This document shows, one piece after another, positions 53,320-64,000 of a stretch of DNA of 64,000 bases. The DNA lies in assembly GCF_006345805.1 (NCBI RefSeq), contig NC_042998.1, positions 15,066,001 through 15,130,000 on the forward strand, given 5' to 3'. Under the pieces are notes generated by a model that was not told the DNA's origin, did not search any database, and saw nothing but the letters and a program-made list of their open reading frames with translations. Made by a program: the position numbers and the translations under genes. Positions within the stretch are counted from its first letter, which is position 1. Each line of letters begins with the position of its first letter. This DNA is from Octopus sinensis. Lineage: Eukaryota.

Positions 53320-53855
53320 TTTTACTCTTTTACTTGTTTCAGTCATTTTGACTGCGGCCATGCTGGAGCACCGCCTTTAGTCGAGCAAATCGACCCCGGG
53401 ACTTATTCTTTGTAAGCCCAGTACTTATTCTATCGGTCTCTTGTGCCGAACCGCTAAGTGACGGGGACGTAAACACACCAGCATCGGTTGTCAAGCAATG
53501 CTAAGGGGACAAATCCAGACACACAAACACACACAAGCCTTCCCTTCTTTCCTGAGCGTCAAATAATACTTTAATTGTTCCACGTCCTCGCGTTGCTGTG
53601 TTTTTTGGTTTTCTTGTTTGGATTAACTATATATATATATAATATATATATATATATATTATATATATATATATATATATAATACATATATGACAGGCTA
53701 CTTTCAGTTTCCGTCTACCAAATCCACTCACAAGGCATTGGTCGGCCCGGGGCTATAGCAGAAGACACTTGCCCAAGATGCCACGCAGTGGGACTGAACC
53801 CGGAACCATGTGGTTGGTTAGCAAGCTACTTACCACACAGCCTCTCCTGCGCCTA
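53320..53855 (-). mobile_element. SINE family B interrupted in its internal microsatellite by a ~110-bp unrelated insert
   Basis: 3' half at 53320-53530, foreign sequence at ~53536-53630, (TA)n, then the 5' half at 53690-53855 ending cctcctgcgcct. Confidence 0.85.
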
Positions 53856-54048
53856 TTATTCTATTCTATTTTGTTATATTCTATTTTGTTTTGTTTTGCT
53901 ATTTGGCCCCCGTTCTATAAAACTGACTTTAAACATACTTTCACAACGTACTGGTATACATACACATATTCACGCATACTTTATATCTCTATCACGCTTC
54001 TCTCACTCTCTCTCTATCTCTATCTCTCTCACACATACATATATATAT

Positions 54049-56100
<2,052 letters not shown>

Positions 56101-56107
56101 TATATAC

Positions 56108-56147
<40 letters not shown>

Positions 56148-56227
56148 ATATATATATATACATACATACATACATACATACATACATACATACATGCATG
56201 CATACATACATACATACATACATACAT

Positions 56228-56530
56228 ACAAACATACATATATATAAGCCTTGTGTTTGGATTTGGTCGACGGAAACTGAAAGAAGCCCGTCGTATATAT
56301 GTATATATATATATATATATATGTTTGTGTTTCTGTGTTTGTCCCCCCAACATCGTTTGACAACCGATGCTGGTGGGTTTACGTCCCCGTTACTTAGCAG
56401 TTCGGCAAAAGAGACCGATACAATCAGTACTAGGCTTACAAAGAATAAGTGCTGGTGTCGATTTGCTCGACTAAAAAGGCGGTACTCCAGCATGGCCACA
56501 GTCAAATGACTGAAACTAGTAAAAGAGTAT
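56228..56530 (+). mobile_element. SINE family B, 5'-truncated
   Basis: aagccttgtgtttggatttggtcgacggaaactgaaag...cagcatggccacagtcaaatgactgaaactagtaaaag. Confidence 0.88.
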
Positions 56531-56659
56531 ATATATATCAATGAATGCGTCAATGAGTATTTATGTTTATATACGTATATACATCCTGATCGAAGATTTT
56601 ATATATACATTCATGATTACGTATACACTCGTGCACATTCACACACACAAAGGCACACG

Positions 56660-56691
<32 letters not shown>

Positions 56692-56880
56692 TGTATATGT
56701 TAGGTTACAACGGAACGTCCAATCAATAATTCTTTGTTCTTTTACCTTCTTTGTTTTTCGTCGACTTTATTTACCTTCATCAGGTTTCTGATAATGCTAT
56801 GGATCGATTTCAAGATAAATTGATTAGAGCTCTTAGATATTCATCTCTAGCGTAGTGGCAAACATACATACATACACACA

Positions 56881-56923
<43 letters not shown>

Positions 56924-57029
56924 ACATACAAAGCAGTTCAATATACATGCATATAGCAAACGAATGACACAATCCACATATATATGCATACATACTTTTA
57001 TATATATACATATATTATATACATATATA

Positions 57030-57070
<41 letters not shown>

Positions 57071-57107
57071 TAGACATATATATATATATTTTTATATATA
57101 TAATGTG

Positions 57108-57179
<72 letters not shown>

Positions 57180-57930
57180 TATATACATAGATGTATATAC
57201 ATTAATCCACGCACACATTCGAGCACACACACACACACACATAAATGATCATATAATATATGTTTGGGTATATAAAGAATTAAATAAATACATAACAAAT
57301 GAGTATTGGAGGGTGTTAATTTCCGGTTCAGCTAGGAGAAAGAAAATAAAGAAAACGTAGCATGTTGCTGTTGTTGTTGTTGTTGTTGTTGTCGTCGTCG
57401 TCGAAGATGGTGACGACGATGATGACGATGACGATGATGATGATGATGATGATGATGTTGTTGGTGTTGTTTATTCCTAAGAGAATAAAGATCGAAATGA
57501 CGTCTGGAGAAAGAAAAAAAAAGAAGAAAAGTAAGTTTCGGCAAGGCCCGTCCCATTTCATTGTGGAATGTGTCTTTGATGGTTATGTTTGATATGTTCT
57601 ATTTTTACCTTTTTTTTTCAAGATGGCTGGTTGTAATTTATAGAAGATTAGTTTAGTTAGCTGGTTGCATATGGAAAAAACAAACAAACAAACAAACAAA
57701 CAAAACCTGTTGAGTAACTTTAAGGATAATCCAGACATGAATTTATTTCCATTTCTTAAAGGCCAGAGAGAAAAAAAAACATTTTGTTGACCACAGCTAT
57801 CGAATGAATGTGATTGGATTGAGCAATGGACATCTGAGTGAAATATACCTGGAAACTGGAAATCTTCGTCGTGCGCATGCGTGTATGTATATATATATAT
57901 ACACACAACACACACCACACACACACACAC

Positions 57931-57959
<29 letters not shown>

Positions 57960-57965
<6 letters not shown>

Positions 57966-58069
57966 TATATAGAAGGAGCTTCTACAGGACTAGAACTGTT
58001 TCATTCAAGAGAAATCTTCAGTGAATGAAACAGTTCTAGTCCTGTAGAAGCTCCTTCTATATAATAAAT
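57960..58069. repeat. Perfect 48-bp inverted repeat with a 14-nt loop
   Basis: 57960-58007 is the exact reverse complement of 58022-58069; the loop is agagaaatcttcag. Confidence 0.95.
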
Positions 58070-58135
58070 TAATTTTACTCTGCTATGTATTGAGTACCTT
58101 TTTTACTGTGGTTAACCCCGAATCAACCCGGGACC

Positions 58136-58169
<34 letters not shown>

Positions 58170-58271
58170 TAATTAATCAATATAGGGTGGCAAGGAAAAT
58201 TTTGTAGAGTTTTATTGCCACCAGCGGCCCAGTGGGAAAAAATTAAATAGTCATAGACCATTTTTAAGTTC

Positions 58272-58497
58272 AACATTAACAATTAAGGAACGCCATAATA
58301 GGCCATTCACACTAGAAATAACAGCCAAAGCTTCTACCGCAAATAAAGATTAATTCGTAAACAGGAGAAAATTAAAAATTACGGGTAATGTTTTTTAATT
58401 TTCTCCTGTTACGGAATATCTTATTTGCTGATAGAAGCTTGGCTGTTATTTCTAGTGGGTGAATGGCCTATTATGGCCGTTCCTTATTGTTAATGTT
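58272..58497. repeat. ~110-bp inverted repeat (hairpin) whose arms differ mainly by 1-2-bp indels
   Basis: aacattaacaattaagg...caggagaaaattaaaaa mirrors ttttttaattttctcctg...ccttattgttaatgtt; the centre is ~58383. Confidence 0.85.
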
Positions 58498-58539
58498 AAT
58501 ATATAATATATATATATAATATATATATATTATATATAT

Positions 58540-58637
<98 letters not shown>

Positions 58638-58664
58638 TGTGTGTGTGTGTGTGTGTTGTGTGTG

Positions 58665-58912
58665 TGTGGATGCGCAGTGGCCCAGTGGTTAGGCAGCGGA
58701 ATCGCGGTCGGAAGATCGCGGTTTCGATTCCCAGACCGGGTGTTGTGTGTGTTTATTGAGCGAAAACACCTAAAAGCTCCACGAGGCTCCGGCAGGGGGG
58801 TGGGGGTGGCGACCCCTGTTGTTCTCTTTCACCCCAACTTTCTCCTAGCGTCCCGTACAACTAGGAGAAAACACATGCCATAGAAACCGGGAAACCGGGC
58901 GCATAAATAAAT
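58665..58912 (+). mobile_element. SINE family A, internally deleted tail type 3
   Basis: gtggatgcgcagtggcccagtggttagg...ccatagaaaccgggaaaccgggcgcataaataaa. Confidence 0.85.
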
Positions 58913-58967
58913 AATATATATTCTTATGTATTTATTTATATTTATGTATGTGTATATGTGTATACAT

Positions 58968-59285
58968 ATATGGCGTGGCTGTGTGGCAAGAAGCTTGCTT
59001 TTCCCAACCCCATGGTTCCGGGTTCAGTCCCGCTACGTCGCACCCTGGGCAAGCGTCCTCTACTATAGCTTCAGTCCAACCAAAGCCTTGTGAGTGGATT
59101 TGGTAGACAGAAACTGAAAGAAGCCTGTCGTATATATGTATATGTATATATATGTATGTGTGTGTTTGTGTGTCTGTGTTTGTCTCCTCCAACATCACTC
59201 GATAACCGATGCTGGTGTGTTTATGTCCCTGCAACTTAGCGGTTCGGCATAAGAGACCGATAGAATAAGTACTTGAATAAGTCCG
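58968..59285 (+). mobile_element. SINE family B, 3'-truncated
   Basis: ggcgtggctgtgtggcaagaagcttgc...gagaccgatagaataagtac. Confidence 0.88.
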
Positions 59286-59575
59286 TCGCTTGACCACTAG
59301 ATGCACAAGAGTTTTTTTTTATTTCTATTCTCTCTCTGTTTATCTTCTCTAATTCCTATCTGTTAAAGAGTGTAGGCTCCAGACTTAAAAGACATCTCAC
59401 TTTCCCTGCTTGTTCATATAAATGATAATACCCAAGTATAAGGAGGTACTACAAATAAATGTCAGACATTTATTTTTATGTCAGACATTTATTTTTATGT
59501 CAGACATTTATCTTAACGAAGCTAACAGGTTAATCGCGACTCCAGCACATGTCCTGGCACTGTCAACCTATATAG

Positions 59576-59985
59576 TAGGCGCAGGAGTGGCTGTGTGGTA
59601 AGTAGCTTGCTTACCAACCACATGGTTCCGGGTTCATTCCCACTGCGTGGCACCTTGGGCAAGTGTCTTCTACTATAGTCTCGGGCCGACCAAAGCCTTG
59701 TGAGTGGATTTGGTAGACGGAAACTGAAAGAAGCCCGTCGTATATATGTATATGTATATGTGTATATATGTTTGTGTGTCTGTGTTTGTCCCCCCCAACA
59801 TCGCTTGACAACCGATGCTGGTGTGTTTATGTCCCTGCAACCTAGCGGTTCGGCATAAGAGACCGATAGAATAAGTATTAAGCTTACAAAGAATAAGTCC
59901 TAAGGTCGATTTGCTCGACTAAACGCGGTGCTCCAGCATGGCCGCAGTCAAATGACTGAAACAAATAAAAGAGTAAAAAGAGAGT
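59576..59985 (+). mobile_element. Full-length SINE family B
   Basis: aggcgcaggagtggctgtgtggtaag...tgactgaaacaaataaaagagtaaaaag. Confidence 0.92.
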
Positions 59986-60649
59986 ATATCGCTGGTGGGG
60001 AGTTGTATCTCCTGCTGTTTCTAGCAGCTGAGTGTCCATCATAGTCAAGACGAAATAAGATCGAATTAACGTGATCTGGTTGTCTTGGGGCTAGACGTAA
60101 CAGGGTATTTATCTCCCTGCTAACGATATAAAAAAGTGCGCATTTTGCACCTAAAATCCAATATGAGAGTTTCTCTCGTAGTAACTATAGCAGTAAAGGT
60201 TGTTCTAATAAAACAACTACGTTCAAGTGGATATAAATATTACATCTTGGTACTAATACTGCTTCTGTTGTTGATATATATTTTGTATTCAAAGTGTAAG
60301 TTCATTAGAATAGAATAAAATTTTAAGTTATCTCTAGATTCAACAAGCGGATCAAGATAAAAAAAAATAAAGTAAAATAGATAAAAATGAGGTAAATAAA
60401 GTAGAGTAAATAAATAGATTAAATAAATAAATAAATAAATGAATAAATAAATAAAGTAAATATAAGTCTTTAATTTAATTGATATTTAATTTAAATAGGT
60501 AATATATAAATTATAAGCTTGGTGAAGACTAAAAATATAATAAGCGGTCGCTATAGAAATTAAGTGTTGTATGACGAGGTAAGCCAAGAATAAAATAAAA
60601 TAAAATAAGGTATACACACACACACACACACAGACACACACACACACAC

Positions 60650-60696
<47 letters not shown>

Positions 60697-60916
60697 GCAT
60701 TTAATTAAATAATTTTGTGTCATATCTCAGCTGTTTCAGTGAAAGTAATGTGTAAAAGAGGGACTTGTGTAATACAAATGACATTACGTCATCAGACATT
60801 ATTTCATCCGTATTCTCTCTCTGTATCTCTCACTGTACAATATATATATATATATACATACATATATATATATATAATATATATATATTATATATATATA
60901 TTATATATACATATAT

Positions 60917-61475
60917 GACCAAGTCAGTAGTGGGGGTGGGTGTGCTGAAAGTGTAACGGCTAGAGTAAGAATAGCTTGGGCAAAGTTTAGGGAGCTCTTA
61001 CCTCTGTTGGTGACTAAAGGCCTCTCGCTCAGAGTAAAAGGCAGACTGTATGATGCATGTGTACGAACAGCCATGCTACATGGCAGTGAAACATGGGCCG
61101 TGACTGCTGAGGACATGCGTAAGCTCGCGAGAAATGAAGCTAGTATGCTCCGTTGGATGTGTAATGTCAGTGTTCATAGTCGACAGAGTGTAAGTACCTT
61201 GAGAGAAAAGTTGGACCTAAGAGGAATCAGATGTTGTGTGCAAGAGAGACGATTGCGCTGGTATGGTCATGTGGTGAGAATGGATGAAGATAGGTGTGTG
61301 AAAAAGTGCCACAGCCCTGGCAGTTGAGGGGACCTGTGGAAGAGGTAGACCCAGGAAAACCTGGGTCGAGGTGGTGAAGCACGACCTTCGAACTCTAGGT
61401 CTCACCAAGGAAATGACCAGAGACCTAGACCTATGGAAGTATGCTGTGCGTGAGAAGACCCGGCAAGACCAGTGA
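60917..61475 (+). pseudogene. RTE LINE ORF C-terminal region (one +1 frameshift near 61315)
   Basis: ARVRIAWAKFRELLPLL...LYDACVRTAMLHGSETWAV...RRLRWYGHVVRMDEDR...GRGRPRKTWVEVVKHDL...*, typical RTE post-RT motifs (YGSETW, RLRWxGHVxRM, RGRPRKxW). Confidence 0.92.
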
Positions 61476-61532
61476 GAACAATCAAAATCAAATCATATAT
61501 CAGAAAGCAGGGGTTAAGTGACCCATCTGTTT

Positions 61533-62260
61533 GTGTCCGCTGTCAGCCTCGTCTGGCACCCGTGCCGGTGATACGTAAAAGCACCATTCGCTCATGGCCG
61601 TTTGCCAGCTCTGCCTGGCCCCGTGTCGGTGGCACGTAAAAGCACCATCCGTCCGTGTCCGTTGCCAGCCTCGGCTGGCCCCCGTGCCGGTGACACGTAA
61701 AAGCACCGTCCGCTCGTGGCCGTTTGCCAGCTCTGTCTGGCAACCGTGTCGGTGGCACGTAAAAGCACCATCCGTTCGCGTCCGTTGCCAGCCTCGGCTG
61801 GCCCCCGTGCCGGTGAATCGTAAAAGCACCATCCGTTCGTGGCCGTTTGCCAGCTCTGTCTGGCCCCGTGTCGGTGGCACGTAAAAGCACCATCCGTCCG
61901 TGTCCGTTGCCAGCCTCGGCTGGCCCCCGTGCCGGTGACACGTAAAAGCACCGTCCGCTCGTGGCCGTTTGCCAGCTCTGTCTGGCAACCGTGTCGGTGG
62001 CACGTAAAAGCACCATCCGTTCGCGTCCGTTGCCAGCCTCGGCTGGCCCCCGTGCCGGTGACACGTAAAAGCACCGTCCGTTCGTGGCCGGTTGCCAGCT
62101 CTGTCTGGCCCCGTGTCGGTGGCACGTAAAAGCACCATCCGTTCGTGTCCGTTGCCAGCATCGCCCGGCCCCGTGCCGGTGACACGTAAAAGCACCATCC
62201 GTTCGTGGCCGTTCGCCAGCTCTGTCTGGCACCTGTGCAGGTGGCACGTAAAAAACACCC
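61533..62260 (+). repeat. GC-rich 60-62-bp minisatellite, 12 units, alternating A/B types with a 245-bp higher-order period
   Basis: cgtaaaa at 61574, 61635, 61696, 61758, 61819, 61880, 61941, 62003, 62064, 62125, 62185 and 62247. Confidence 0.95.
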
Positions 62261-62849
62261 ACTACACTCGCGGAGTGGTTGGCGTTAGGAAGGGCATCCA
62301 GCCGTAGAAACACTGCCAGATCTGACTGGGCCTGACGAAGCCTTCCAGCTTCACAGACCTCAGTTGACCCGTCCAACCCATGCTAGCATGGAAAACGGAC
62401 GCTAAACGATGATGATGATGATGATGATATATACATACATATATATATATATATAAATACTATATATATATTACATATATATACATATATATAACATACA
62501 TATATATATATATTATATATATATAGATATATATATATTATATATATATACTATAATATATCTATATATATATACACACATATATATATATATCTATATA
62601 TATAATATATATATATTATATATATATATATATAATTGATATAGGATAAAATTTCTTTCGGGAAAAAATTTTTATCAATGGCCAGCATATCAAAAAATGC
62701 CTTTAAAGGTAAAATTTATACATAATTTACAAGGTAAGGGCAGAAGAAAAATGCTAATGCCAGATACGCCGAAACAAAAAAAAATGTTGATAACCATTAA
62801 ATTTATGCGTCTCGAAACAAACCGATAGAAATCTATAAAAATTCGTTAT

Positions 62850-62908
62850 TACCGTATTGGTCCAATTTCGGGGTTAATTCACAAGAAATGTTCCCCTCTT
62901 CAGCGGCA
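62850..62908 (-). ncRNA. Type I hammerhead ribozyme motif (compact, canonical)
   Basis: Minus strand: tgccg CTGAAGA gggg-aacatttcttgtgaattaa-cccc GAAA ttggaccaa TA cggta. Stem I is 5 bp, stem II is GGGG/CCCC, stem III is near-palindromic, and the triplet is AUA. Confidence 0.75.
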
Positions 62909-63068
62909 CATACGCGAGATATAAATGAAATACTTATTCATACTCATGGAAGAAGCAAGCACCAAGTCCCGAGCAGACTTACTTCTGCCCTTATCTTGTA
63001 AATATATGTATATATATATATATGTATATGGTAAATGAAAGACGGAAGATAGAATATACGAGAATTTT

Positions 63069-63184
63069 TATTAATCACGACAATTGTTTCGACACATCTA
63101 GCATCGATCCCTCACGGGTGGGACACTTAGCAACGGATTCAGGAGTATCCGGCAGTGCAGATGTGTCTCATCAGGTGATGAATA
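63069..63184 (-). ncRNA. Type I hammerhead ribozyme motif (canonical core, branched stem II extension)
   Basis: Minus strand: tattcatcac CTGATGA gacacatct..(59 nt)..agatgtgtc GAAA caattg TC gtgattaata. Stem I pairs 9/10, stem II has 9 perfect bp, stem III is a perfect palindrome, and the triplet is GUC. Confidence 0.85.
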
Positions 63185-63370
63185 GATATAACTCGTTAAA
63201 AATAACAGTTCCGCAATCTACCTTCTCATTTCATAAAAAGAAAAGCAGCAAAACGAAGGAAATATCTTCATTTATAAAGATCAAAACTCAAATCATATCA
63301 CAAATGTAAAAATGAAACGAATACGCAATTCAGTGAGGAAAATATGAAAAATAACTATTTACAGATAAGG

Positions 63371-63401
<31 letters not shown>

Positions 63402-63407
63402 TATATC

Positions 63408-63582
63408 ACAGTGACCGACCAGGCTATCAGATGTTGCTACACATCGCTGGTCACAATGCGCTTCGCATTGTTTTAGCCTTCAAATGACGCTATCCGGCTG
63501 GCTAAGTGAGCAGACCAAGAAAAGGAAGAGTGAGAGAAAGTTGCGGCGAAAGAGCACAGTAGGGATCGCCACCAACCCCTGC
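63408..63582 (-). mobile_element. SINE family A 3' part (tail type 2)
   Basis: gtgaccgaccaggctatcagatgttgctacacatcgctggtcacaatgcgc is the reverse complement of the 28915-28975 tail. Confidence 0.85.
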
Positions 63583-63713
63583 TGGTAGATTTTGTACAAT
63601 AGTGCTGTATGCCTCATTGTTTCTAGGGTTGTGAGTTGATATATACGGCATTGTAAAATTAGGTACTGCGTTTGCTCGGCCATAGTCTAAAGACTGAACG
63701 AAATAAAAGATAA

Positions 63714-63716
63714 ATG

Positions 63717-63782
<66 letters not shown>

Positions 63783-63787
63783 GTCTG

Positions 63788-63868
<81 letters not shown>

Positions 63869-63922
63869 TTGTCTATCTGTCTATCTATCTATCTATCTAT
63901 CTATCAATCTATCTATCTATCC

Positions 63923-63980
<58 letters not shown>
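63714..63980. repeat. (CTAT)n tetranucleotide microsatellite
   Basis: Direct reading. Confidence 0.95.
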
Positions 63981-64000
63981 AGGTAAGTGGGTAGACATAC

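Larger units (their letters stand above)
60917..62427 (+). mobile_element. 5'-truncated RTE-clade LINE with an expanded 3' region and (GAT)n tail
   Basis: Coding remnant, then tandem array, then ggttggcgttaggaagggcatccagccgtagaaac...aacccatgctagcatggaaaacggacgctaaac(gat)n. Confidence 0.85.

Noticed and set aside
61500-62376. Overlapping 200-280-aa ORFs on the minus strand
   Set aside because: They are read-through of the GC-rich 61-bp tandem array in several frames at once, so they are not a gene.

Overview
This is AT-rich, repeat-dense eukaryotic (animal) genomic DNA. The SINE and microsatellite landscape resembles coleoid cephalopod (Octopus-like) DNA; that assignment is an inference and was not checked by search. 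I found no convincing host protein-coding exon, and nearly all ORFs in the track are read-throughs of (TA)n, (CA)n, (CATA)n and trinucleotide microsatellites. Supported content: many tRNA-derived SINEs with four head/body types (called A-D here); fragments of Tx1/L1-, CR1- and RTE-clade LINEs; a full-length 1258-bp Tc1-type transposon with a DD36E triad (Incomer-like); two mariner derivatives; two foldback/MITE-like elements; a Helitron-like remnant with 23-aa STPR-type repeats; and a near-identical 1033-bp tandem duplication. The most notable signal is a set of short, ORF-less elements beside or between (TA)n tracts that carry type I hammerhead-ribozyme motifs. Two have a fully canonical core and stems (62850-62908, 63069-63184), one is a single stem III mismatch away (27856-27940), one is weaker (46792-46895), and several are decayed or inverted-duplicated. 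The four best are all on the minus strand, and three have unusually long or branched stem II. This fits Penelope-like or retrozyme-type non-autonomous retroelements. All folds were done by eye; self-cleavage is untested.
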